From NCBI GenBank assembly GCA_903813345.2, contig CAIIXF020000001.1, positions 23,932,001 through 23,996,000 on the forward strand: a stretch of DNA of 64,000 nt, read 5' to 3'. Numbering within the stretch: the stretch's first letter is position 1; every line of letters begins with the position of its first letter. Under the pieces are notes generated by a model, which did not search any database, was not told the origin of the DNA, and saw only the letters and a program-made list of their open reading frames with translations. Of the stretch, positions 52,505-64,000 are shown piece by piece. Position numbers and translations under genes: made by a program. The stretch comes from Owenia fusiformis (Eukaryota).

Positions 52505-55500
52505 CTCTTCTCCATCTCCTTGCTGCATCTTCATGACATCTTTCTCAAAGTGAACCACCTCATCCAGCGTGCGAGGGATAAATACTTTCTTAAACACCTA
52601 AAAATCATAAAAACCTTTTTGATTATTTTATTCACTTTTGTGAAGATGTCTAACAAACATTTTGTGTCACCCCTGAAGAGAATTAATTTTTCAATGAAAA
52701 AGTTAGAACAATTTACACATTAAATAAAGCAATCAAACTCACAGTAAACTATGAACTGGAGAAACTGAATTCAGGAAAAACATAGTACATGTAACTTAAA
52801 ACACTTTTAGATGGAATTAAGGATGAATTTGCACTTCTAAAAAATGAACTTTTGGCAAAAATCATTCTGATCATTACCATGCTAGAACATGCCCAGATTC
52901 CTTGTACTGTATAGATATTATCCCATCTCTAACTTGCAAGCACGCGTACCTAACCAACCAGGATTTGTATTGCTTTTTTTTGATCAATTTGTTATACAAA
53001 GACAGTGTTCCCATAGCAACTTACCTCTTCATCTACAGCTTCCAGTGAAGTGACATCATCTGTAGATCTATTTGCAGACACTTCCATCATCTTCTCTAGA
53101 TACGCATCTATGTTCTCCCCAGTTACTGTTGTATCAGTAACAAAATCAAACATTTCTTTCATAGTCATTGTACACACACCCTTCTTGCGGAAGAAATCTA
53201 TAAGGAAAATGCCAAAAGTATAATTTAAAGTGTATAATTTAAATGCAGCATCCTTTAATTGGGTAAAAGACATGAAATGAGAGTGAGTGATTACATAGGC
53301 TCAATATGTGAGCCAAAAATTTCTATAGCAACAGGTAGAATGCATTTGAGCAATGTGAAAGCATTGTACCGCAACATTAACATATTGCTTTTTAACTCCA
53401 TAAAATAGGTTTCGATTTATATGTGATGTCAAAGAGAATTTGCTTCATATCAATACTGCTCTTTGTCAAATGATGACTGATTACCATAATGAAGACTATC
53501 ATTATTGGTTTTAGATGAATATGACAGTATTTTTGTAAATTGTGACAATGACCAAACACAATATGAAAATGCAATAATAAAATCAAATACAGAAATTCAA
53601 ATCTAAATTTTTAAACCATCAAAGCATAAGTAGAAATCGTCAATACAGGGTGTCCCAAAAAAAAGGAAACCAGCAATAGATTGCTTATTTCTCAAATATG
53701 AATAATGATAGGAAAATTTCACAGCTACCATCTGATAGATTATGATGTCCTCTTTCTTACGATACCAAGGTTGTCTATTTTCCTTCACGGATGACTGAGT
53801 TATAAGAGATTTAAGTGACCATGTCAGAAATGAGTTTGTACCACTTTCAGCCAAGTCAATTTCACCATCATTACAAAGTGATAAGTAACAACAAACATAA
53901 GGATATCACTCTTTTACTCATTTATTCCAATTAAAATTACACATACCATATTTAACACCCCTTTTAAATCCCAATGTCCATTTAAAGTTGTTTTAACCCC
54001 AGTGTCCTTCAACATGACCCCCATTCCTTTCAATGCAAATGTCTCCCCATGATCTCATAGCACGTACTGCATCCCCGATGATGTCTCTCTGTCCCCTAAA
54101 ATCCTTCACTGCTGCGACAATCCTGGCCCTTAGATCATCAACGTCTCTTGGTGGTGTTGTGAAGACTTTACCCTTAAGATAACCCCAAAGGAAGAAGTCG
54201 CAGGGTGTCGGGTCTGGGGATCTTGGTGGCCACTCAATCGCGTGGTTCAAGCATTCACTCTTCTGTTGAACAGCGCCCTTAATCTGTCCCGAACGATAAT
54301 CCGACGATGAGGAGGAGCACTACGAATACTCTTTGATCTTGGGTCAGCTGCATGAACTTGCTATGTTGAATGCTTGTTCAGAAATGTGTATTTCGAATAG
54401 GACATGGTCTTGCATAGCCATTTTAATCCCTCATTGTTCAGCCATTCATGACAGAAAAAGTGGCACAAACCAATTTCTGACATGGTCACTTAAATCTCTT
54501 AGAACTCAGTCATCCGTGAAGAAAAATAAACACCTTTGGTATCATAAGAAAAGGGACATCATAACCTATCAGATGGTAGCTGTGAAATTTTCCTATTATT
54601 ATTCATATTTGAGAAATAAGCAATCTATTGCTGGTTTCCTTTTTTTTGGGACACACTGTATATGTAAACCTGAAAATAAGCTATGACTGAATCTCTGGTC
54701 ATTCTTTACCTGTTATATTAGTACAGTCTTTACGTAAGAACTCCAGAGCATGTGGGTGGTCATGTTCCACAGACTGGGACACATCTATGATGTAAGCCTG
54801 GCCTTCATGGTATCTACACTCAACAATAGAATACAACTCAATAAACAATAAACAATATTTCTGACTATCAAACATCATATGCAAGGTTATGTTCATAAAT
54901 AGCACGACTTAGATGGTTTGGGACACTTTCAGATGGTATCCGCTATCCAGCGACTGGGTGTGCTCAACAAAAAGTATTTTATTTCATTTATCAACAATAT
55001 CTTAATATGCAGATTTTAAAATATGAGGGAAACAAGGAATTTACATGACATAATGTCACCACTTGGTCAATTATTGTAAAAGTGTCAAGATTTGAAAATA
55101 TTGTAGCAACAATGACATGTTACTACTTATTGGTGTTTATTATGTGAATTATGGAAGAAAATTATTTTGAGACTTACAGCATGTTGAACTCACTAAGATC
55201 TGCATGGACTAGTTTACTGACATGGAAAAGATTCCGCACCATGTGAATACACTGCAGATATAGTTCTCTGGCTTTAGAATCACTGAGTTCTGCATCTTTT
55301 AACTTAGGAGCAGGCCTGAAAAAAAGATCACAATAAATCTAGAACATAAGTGATCTTAATTTATATATTTATTTAAACAAAGCAAGTTGCATTTTGAACC
55401 CATTTTGAACTAAAATGAAAATATAAACAATTGAGGAAGAAATTAATTTGAAGATATTTTTCATATTGTACATTCATTTGCTGACATTGGAAAGTTATAT

Positions 55501-58500
55501 GGTGACATAATACCATTTATATTGAATATTTACCAAGAATTGATAATAATTACAGACATATTTTACATAATACCTTATACATAATATATGTTGATAATAA
55601 AGCATGTGGCACACTTACCAGCCCTTGTTGCCCAGGAAGTCCATCACAAGGACATGACTGCGTAGCATAACTGGCTCTGGACAGGGGATACCTGCTTGGT
55701 AGATTCTGTAATTACAATGGATAATAATTATGCATTAAGAATAATACACACAAAAAAAGGCATACACTGTGATGAAAAAATTGCAGTTAAAATGAGTCTT
55801 GATTTTTTTCGAGCTCTGGTATTTCGAGAAGATAAGGTCGTTGTCAAATCGTTTTGATATTGCAAGTTTTAGATCTTTATTAAAGATGGGACTTACAGAG
55901 ACCCAATATCATCTATATTTATGTCATGTAACTGGTATTAGGTTAATAAGAGAATGGGAAGAATTAAATGTAGCTCAAATATTATATTAGGGCATGTTTC
56001 CTTTGTATTTCACCAAGCCTTTTTTTAGATAAAGTTATTTGTAAAGGTTTTGATTTAAGGAATTTAAAGGGTCAATAAATGAGAATAAATGAAATAAGAA
56101 TGGAATGCTCTTAACACAATAAAAGTTAACAGCTTGCAAAAAGGACATACATTTTCTACAAACCACTTGACTATGATATAATGGATTTGAAATAGAATAC
56201 TTAATTGATAGAAGTAATTTACATGTATGTGAAGTGTCACAAATCATATATAAGTAGTGAACAGTACAATTATAACAAATGCCATTGTGACATTAACATT
56301 TCTTTCGTGGAAACAGAATTATATTATAAGAACCAAACATTACAATAAATTGTTGGAGGTCTTGCATGAGATCCTTTTATCAATTGAGGTTACGGTTACG
56401 GCTAGCATACAAGAAACAAGTGCATTATATTACCCATAATTCATTGACCCACATGCCTAAATTCTTTCCATATAAGGCCATATGAGGATTTTGAACACTA
56501 TCACCATGAAAGAATCAAATTACCATGAGAAACTTTTTTATGAGGTCAATATTTTGACCTGCATAAGAAAAAGTGAATTCTAATAGAATGTCTACCTATA
56601 TGAGGACTATCATTCCGGTTGACCCAAAATGTACTTATCAATAATATGTTTTTTCTGTTTAAGTACACTTCACAATAACTGTTAGTTGTCTGTTTAATAA
56701 TCAACCAATATTGTTCTTTATGGCATTTAGAATAGTCAGTTAGTCTAATAAGTGTAATACATCAAAGTAAAGATTGTATGTTGTCATAAATAAAAGATAA
56801 AAAAAGTTACTAGATCCTACATACCCCGAGGGAATACTATCATTGCATTTTTATAGCACAAAAATGGCACTTTCCAAGATATTAGACTTCATGAAATGTT
56901 CAGATGGAATGGAGGATTATGATTCAGTGATATGTGATAATTGTGAAACAAATCCTGCGATAAAGAGATGCTCCAATTGTACATCAACATTCTGTGAAAA
57001 ATGCAAACAAGCACACGACAAGATGAAAGTGAACAAAACGCATAAATGGATTGAAGTTGATGAAATACCGAATAATGTAGCTCCAATACAAAGCAATCCT
57101 GCATTTGAACCTGAAGAAGTAAAGAAAAAAGATCCCAAGCTCAACTGTGATAAACACAAAGATCACACAATAAAATACTTTTGTGTTGATGATGAAGAGG
57201 CAATATGTGAAGCATGCTGCAACACTGACCATAGCTTACACAAGAAGATTACAATTGAGGAACAATCACTGACAGCCAAGAAAATGGCTGATGAGCTGAA
57301 TAATTCTGGAAAAGCAAGAATCAAGGCATTGGACAAAAGCATCTGCAACTTAAAGCAGCATAAAGCTGAAGTCCAGAATGAGCAGTTTAAGGTGAATAGC
57401 ACTCTGAAAGATGACAATCCAGTGGATATTGTCAGGCTTATCCCACATATGGAAGAATTGTTGGAGGAGTGGGCAGACAACAGTGCCATAGTAAAGGCTG
57501 GATGTTTCGGAGTGTACGACTATGTACAAGTAATTCCAAATGAAAATGATAATACAGGTGAACTGTATATGGATATGAAAAAAGGCATGAAGTATGTGAA
57601 AATGTCTAAACCATCTAGCAAAAGACACCTTAAACCTGATGGCACAAGTGCTAAAGAACAGACAAAAACAAACGAGGACATAAAAGTATGTGATGAATCT
57701 GGTCATGAACCACAACTGTATGCAAATGTCTCTATACCAACTAGCCCACCTTCTAAGGACACAAAAGATGATGAGCAGGTAATGAAAACACCAAAGCCAA
57801 CACCACGAGAATCCCCTAATAAGCCACAAAACCAACAAGATGATCCTGTACCTTTAGATAAGGAAGTAAGCGACGGAGTAAGGGAATGTGAAGCTAATTA
57901 ATAACAATTCTGGTAAATAGCCAACTGACACTTCAGATATGTATGAAATTGAATCATTGGGTGAATATGCTATGAAAATATGGAAATTCAGTGTGCGATA
58001 TGAAGTGATCAAATGAGAGGCATATTTTGATAATAAAATTATATCAATGCTAAAATATTATTCAAAACACATTAAGTTAAAATTTCGAAAGATAAAACTA
58101 CATATACATTTATTATTCATTGCCAATCATTGGTAATCAAAATTGGGTCTTTTTAACTGTTATTGTCAAGGGTTACTAAAGACTAAAAATGCACCAATTT
58201 AGACTAGAATGTGTATTCTCTGGTTTTGGACAATAATAATGTGTTACATTTTGGAGCATTTCTGGGGACTTTAACAAAATGCTAGTACCAGTCCTATTAC
58301 TTTTGGGACACCCTGTATTCATATTCTCAGAAACCTACTAGTATATGGTTCTTTAAGTTATAATTCTAAGAAATATTTAATTGTACATAAAATGTTATGT
58401 ATGGCCAAAGCGCCAAATACGTGATCGCGACAATATGATCTACTGCAAATAAATGTTGCTATTTATGACTTGTATATAAACACACTCTCTATTTCAAGTG

Positions 58501-61500
58501 TTTTTGAAGCTGACATTGTCAGAAGTGAGTTGTAAAACCATCAGATCAAAACCACTGTTTTAGAAGAAACGAGGTCATTCTGACTCCAATGTACTTGACA
58601 TGTTCAATTGAGCACATTGAGGTAAATATTTTGAATTCCGAGGAGCACAAATCTAATGCCTTGGTCACATTTGCTCCGATTTTCACAAAGGCGCCCGGCC
58701 GATTGAGTATTTTGTTCAAAATTGAATACAATGTCGAAAAAACACTCAATCGGCTGGGCGCCGGGTGATGGATCGGAGCAAATGTGACCCAGGCATAAAT
58801 GTCAACAATATCATTGCTGTACACATTCATGGTTTCAATATTCTTCGGTCATTTCAGGCATAATGTTTGACCAAAACAAAACAGAATTAACTTGGTAAAT
58901 TGTGTAACATTAATTGAATTGAGCCAATCTCTTACCTTGTTAGATTCCTCATCTCTTTCTCAGCCCAAGTGCGAACCATCTTCCTTGGGTTGTGTTTACA
59001 GTAACCATGTCTGAACCTGAACTCTCCAGTCACGTACTTATCTCTGTCCTTGAACACCATGATGGACGTCTTGTACACCTACAAGAATGGTAAACACTTT
59101 GGATGGCATAGCCTATATACATGTAAATAAAATAATATGGAAAGAAAATGAAAATGAAAACATTTGCATACAATTTGTTTTGATATGTACATCATACATT
59201 GAATTTTGTTGGATATAATAAATATCTATTATTATTAGTACGTTTATCAAAGTCATATTCGTGAAAGACAATTTTGAAAGACATTGGGATTTTTGTCAGA
59301 GCATATACAAGAGAGGTTAAGCTGGCACTGCTTCAAAGAACACGAACACTAAAATATATGAAACTATGGTCCCCAAAGGAACTACTTTTACCATTTAGGT
59401 TTAAAGAACAAGGAAATAATTGTAACTAGATTCGTGTTAAAAGTAATTGAAAGGAAATATTTATCCCTGGGGGCCATATCATTACACATTTATATTCAAG
59501 TGTTTCCCATTTGTGTGTAACTTCACCTCTCTATCAATCACACTGCATCAATCGAAGAATCGATTTCCATATGGAAAAATGAGTGAACAAAAAACATAAA
59601 ATAAATGTGCGGTTAACATTATTAATCCCAAAGCCTACCTTAATTGCTTTATCAATGCCATCTTTAGCAGTTGCATGGTACACGTTAGCCTCTTTGCCAG
59701 TGCTGATGCAGCCATTCACCTGCGTTATGAGACCTCTATTGAGCATTTTGAAGAGGATCATCCTGGTACGTGGATCCATCACCTGCTCAACTGTTGCCCT
59801 GTCAGCCTTATCTTTCCCCCTGAACCTCTCAGAGTTGCTCTGTTTATCACTTTGTAGCAGGGAACTTACAGCACTTCCCTTCAACTTTGGACCTTCATAA
59901 CGATCTACAATTTATTGTATTGAGGTACAATTTAAATTATTTTGAAAAATCCTTTGATCATTGACTGGGTATGAGTCTTGTATGTACAATCACCAAAAGA
60001 AGAACAACCATAAGAGTGAAAACACAGAGAAAGTGCAGGTTATTATGGAATGACCCTAAGAAATCTCAAACAATAATCTAAAGAACAAAGAAACAATATC
60101 TTATCTAATAACTACTTTAAGGTCTATTCTATTTCAAATGAAATGAACCAAGTAGGCTACAGGAGTCATCAACATATACATATATTGGTGTTAGTCTATG
60201 CATAAGATAATACTTGTTACATCAACAAATCTTGATGAAAGTGATATTAACTGAACCAATGTATGTAGAAATTACATAATTCAAAAATATGTAAACATTT
60301 AATAATTCAATACCTACCAACACTGATTTTATTGGCAAACTTTTTCAGTGACTTCTCACTTGGCTGAAACTGAGGTGTTTTTGTCTGCTGATTCGGCTGA
60401 AAATAACATAACATTTTTTGCATTGTTTGATATTAATGATTTTGAATTTTTCCCAAATTTCAAAAAGGTTAGATACAAGGTAATATTCAAACTCAGTATG
60501 CATCGTGATATGTAATGCTTCAATGTTGTGAATATCACTTATTAAATGTATGCATCGTGATATGTAATGCTTCAATGTTGTGAATATCACTTATTAAATG
60601 TATGCATCGTGATATGTAATGCTTCGTAATAACGTTCTTAAGCCTTAGGAAGCCCTTCTATCAAATTTACCTGTGCTGAGTTGCCAACAGTTGCATTGTA
60701 TCTTTTGGTGAAATCCCTAGTATTTTCCTCCCAGTCATCGAGGATGTCTTCCTCAATTTCCTCACTGCTCCATCCTCGTTCATCCTCTATGCAAGGGTCC
60801 TGTTTTTCCTCAACTACTTTTTGTTCTTTCACTTGTAATTCATATACTGCAACAGTGATTCAATACATCATAGATATGTGAGGTCAGCTTATGGTGACAT
60901 GGGTAGATGAGTTGAAAGCAAGTTTCAAAAATGTCGCAATTCTAAAATATTTTTTGTGCCCTTTTGTGCGTTCTTATAAATAGGATAATTTGCCTCATTA
61001 TATGTTGGTAAGAAAAAATGGAAAATACATGCAGAAGGAATGCTTTTACTGTCACCAATACTATAGCACTTTACCCCTAGTAAAACAGGGTGATCCAAAA
61101 AATGATAATTCAAAAAATAGTCTTTTTTGATCTCATACAGTGTATTTTTGTGTATAATGAATTCAATTCACTTTAAATACTTGTTATTCCTCTATAAATT
61201 TTGAATCTACATGTACATACTTACATTTGCCTATTGTTTTAGATACATTTTGTGATATTTGACACCTGAAATAAAGAACACAGTGAATATTTATCATATG
61301 GTAGGCTCCTTTAGCAGTAAGACTAATCTGATAACATACAGGGTGTCAAAAAAAACAGGACCGTAAGAAAGTTAAATAACTCGGTTAGTTTTGCATATTT
61401 TGCCTAGAAATTTCAGAATTATTTAGTTCATTCAATGTGAATTTTGTTGTGAAAGTTTGATAATAATCTGCTTATTGAGTCAAAAATTACAGTTCCTAAC

Positions 61501-62753
61501 AAAACATGCCTCAAATGTGCACTTCTCTCTATGCACGATTCAATCCTGCGAACAAAGTTGTTGATGATCCTCCTACACTTTTCTTTTTGAATGGACAAGT
61601 TTATTTCAAGAACAATTGCTACTGGGGCTTACATTCTCCTTATGAAGTGTTACAGTGTCTATTGCATTCTGAACAATTCACTGTCTGGGTGGCATTGAGC
61701 AAACATGGAATCATCAGTCCTTTTTTATTCGAAGATGACTGGGGACTTGCTTTCCCATGAACAAGGACCAGCATATTCAAGTTCTGACTAAGTTTTGGAG
61801 GTCACTAAGCACCAGAAGGGGCATTTAAGGAGATAGGCATTGGTTTAAACAAGCCAATACCACCCCAACACTTCAAATGATACGCTGAAATGGTTTAAGC
61901 AATGCTTTGGTGATCAGCTCATCTGTCGCAGAACTCATAACATATGGGCAGCTTATTCTCCAGATCTAAATCTCTCAGATTTTTATCTTTGGGGATTTCT
62001 CAAAGCCAATATGTATACTGACAGGCCCCTAACAATCTTAAGAGGGCAATAACTACCCCAATTTGTACCATCCACATTGATGTGTATAGGTCAGGGTCAT
62101 TAACAACTTTGTTCGCAGGATTCATTTGTGCATAGAGAGAAGAAGTGCCCATTTTGAGCATGTTTTGTAAGGTACTGTAGTTTTTGACACAATCGACAGA
62201 TTATCATGAAACTTTCACAACAAAATTCTCATTGAATGAATTAAATAATTCTTAAATTTCAAGGGAAAATATCCAAAATTGACTGAATAATTCAACTTTC
62301 GTACGGTCCTGTTTTTTTTGAACACCCTGTAAATTACAGTATTGCAAATTTCATGAAGTAAAATGAGAAATACTCTATTCAGGAAAAAAACTGATAGTCA
62401 CCTTAACTAAAATTTCATTTTAGGGATACATACAGTATCTGCTTCTATGGGATATTCTTTCTGTTGACATTTTTTGAAGAGACTAACCAACTATCCAAAC
62501 ACTAACCAATCATTTATTAGAATGAATTTTGAAATTCGACTTTTCAATTTTAATTCTCTCCTTTTAAATATTTTTTTAAAGAAAAATTTGACATGTGCTA
62601 CCTCAAACCCCTTTTAAAAATAGTTCATGGCTCTTATATACTAAATACAGGACATTCAATGAGCATGTAACTGTAAGATTAATTATCTTACTCAGATTCA
62701 TCATCAGCATCATCAAACTGTCCTTCAACTGGTAGATTTGTGGAAACCTCCAT
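52505..62753 (-). CDS. RIOK1: Serine/threonine kinase RIO1, 3' partial (runs toward the gap)
   Basis: Exons 62753-62692 ([11 protein letters not shown]), 61265-61225, 60846-60671, 60396-60318, 59904-59639 ([25 protein letters not shown]), 59078-58936 ([20 protein letters not shown]), 55705-55619, 55315-55178 ([12 protein letters not shown]), 54813-54710 ([12 protein letters not shown]), 53197-53025, 52597-52505. All in phase, 454 codons. Confidence 0.96.
53646..54658 (-). mobile_element. Deleted Tc1/mariner-superfamily transposon with about 200-bp TIRs and a C-terminal transposase fragment
   Basis: TA|CAGGGTGTCCCAAAAAAAAGGAAACC...GGTTTCCTTTTTTTTGGGACACACTG|TA; ORF 53993-54250 has [20 protein letters not shown] and ends GGHVE. 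Confidence 0.92.
56864..57901 (+). CDS. RING-less TRIM-like protein (B-box1, B-box2, coiled coil, low-complexity tail), intronless CDS nested antisense in RIOK1
   Basis: CDNC...CSNC...CEKC..AH...H and CDKH....YFC..DEEAIC..C...H..H followed by a heptad-like region; ATG at 56864 just after a TTATAG acceptor-like site. Confidence 0.85.
   Translation: MALSKILDFMKCSDGMEDYDSVICDNCETNPAIKRCSNCTSTFCEKCKQAHDKMKVNKTHKWIEVDEIPNNVAPIQSNPAFEPEEVKKKDPKLNCDKHKDHTIKYFCVDDEEAICEACCNTDHSLHKKITIEEQSLTAKKMADELNNSGKARIKALDKSICNLKQHKAEVQNEQFKVNSTLKDDNPVDIVRLIPHMEELLEEWADNSAIVKAGCFGVYDYVQVIPNENDNTGELYMDMKKGMKYVKMSKPSSKRHLKPDGTSAKEQTKTNEDIKVCDESGHEPQLYANVSIPTSPPSKDTKDDEQVMKTPKPTPRESPNKPQNQQDDPVPLDKEVSDGVRECEAN
58657..58795. 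mobile_element. Small hairpin MITE, PIF/Harbinger-like (TAA TSD)
   Basis: TAA|TGCCTTGGTCACATTTGCTCCGAT...ATCGGAGCAAATGTGACCCAGGCA|TAA. Confidence 0.75.
60497..60625. repeat. 52-bp tandem repeat, about 2.5 copies, in a RIOK1 intron
   Basis: TATGCATCGTGATATGTAATGCTTCAATGTTGTGAATATCACTTATTAAATG repeated. Confidence 0.9.
61339..62329 (+). mobile_element. Degenerate Tc1/mariner-superfamily transposon
   Basis: TA|CAGGGTGTCAAAAAAAACAGGACCGTA...TACGGTCCTGTTTTTTTTGAACACCCTG|TA; frameshifted transposase pieces ([43 protein letters not shown]). Confidence 0.9.
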
Positions 62754-64000
62754 TTTCCTGATCCCAATCACTGACTGCACTACTATTTTGTTGTTCAATA
62801 TTCTAAGCCTGAAAATAATATTATCTTGATTAAATCCTATCTTCTTGTTTTCAGTCTAATGACGTACTATGTGATTTGGGGCGAGAAATACCTGGGAGGG
62901 ACGTCCAGTTTGTGTTCTATAGCATTTTTCAAAATGTCTGCTAAATAATCAGTAAGTACCGACATTGACCAACGATAATACAGACACCCCTTTTCACTTC
63001 AGTTCTGAGCACTAAACCCCTCTACTTAAAATTACACAACTGCCGCTGGATTCTGCATTTGTAGGCCTAGATAGTTATAGGGTATAATGTGCAGTAAATC
63101 TGTGGCCTTTGGTAATTTAGGGAGTTTCAGCATGTTAATTTTGGAGGACTAAAACACCATACTGTATGACACAAAAACATCAACATAGAGCTTAGAGGTC
63201 ACACTGTTGATTTACCTGATTACGAACATAGGCCCAGGGAAGAGTATTGGCAAGTTGAATCTAAAAAACAGGTTGATAACCCTGAATGAGACCACTTTTT
63301 CAAATGGCAATTTCAACAATATTTATTTATTATTTTCGAAAAAACAATGGGGAGATGATAGAAAATTGATAATTTTCAATTCTTACCTATGAATTTTCAA
63401 ATATTTACGGTATATTTTACGCCCGTTCTTATAGAAAAAATCGAATTATAATAAAATATTTTACGGTAGATTTTGGTAAAGTTACAGCAGATTTTTTACG
63501 GTCGTTTTTACAGTAAAAAACGGTAATTTTTTATGGTATTCAAAATATTTCGAGACATACAAATTTTTTTCAACTTTGATATCGTCTAGAACACTTCGAG
63601 ACAACAAAAATATCAAAAATTGTTGGATGGTTTATCACTTAAATTTTTTGCAAGCCTTGGTCAAAGAAAAACTGCGAAAAAAGCACTCATTTTCACTTTA
63701 GAATCACCTATTATCGCCCAAATGGCTATATGTTGTCAAGGTCGCCATGTTAAAAGTAAAATTACGGAGCTAGATCTGCTCTTCAGACAATGTTTGATAG
63801 CTTTCCTTTACCATGGAACAAAGATCTTTGCACTGGCAACACTGGTATGCCCATTTCCATGAGATAATGCACGTGAAAGAGGAACAGTGTCTTTAAATGT
63901 CATCAAAACTTTTTCGCACTACTTTTGGTGTAATAATACCATCTGATTGATTGTTGGTGTAAACAGTGAGTCGGGATTCTCGGGATTTGGGCTTTAGGAT

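Overview
AT-rich, intron-rich animal genomic DNA, not prokaryotic. A luqin-type neuropeptide, an apolipophorin-like gene and the DNA-transposon mix suggest a lophotrochozoan such as an annelid or mollusc (inference). There are two 500-N scaffold gaps. Genes reconstructed by hand from GT-AG splice sites and codon phase, in order: (1) 3' end of an apolipophorin/vitellogenin-like gene (+); (2) a 5-exon PAN/apple + Cys-rich + F5/8C discoidin gene (+), whose second intron holds (3) a same-strand intronless CD39-like ecto-NTPDase and (4) a tRNA-Val(AAC) with a D-arm duplication; (5) an intronless single-pass membrane protein resembling KCNE/MinK K+ channel beta-subunits; (6) a 411-aa acidic low-complexity ORF; (7) an 8-exon SUMF2-like gene with a 2.3-kb 24-bp minisatellite in its last intron; (8) an internally deleted Sola2-like transposon with a PHD finger; (9) a luqin-like precursor (QWTPQGRFamide); (10) RIOK1 (-, runs into a gap), with (11) a RING-less B-box/coiled-coil gene nested antisense in an intron. 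Many MITEs and decayed DNA transposons are present (Tc1/mariner, CACTA, Harbinger-like, Transib-like, and a nested 9-bp-TSD element). No CRISPR array or prokaryotic system is visible. The best leads are the KCNE-like protein and the same-strand nested NTPDase. All family calls come from motif recognition, not database searches.
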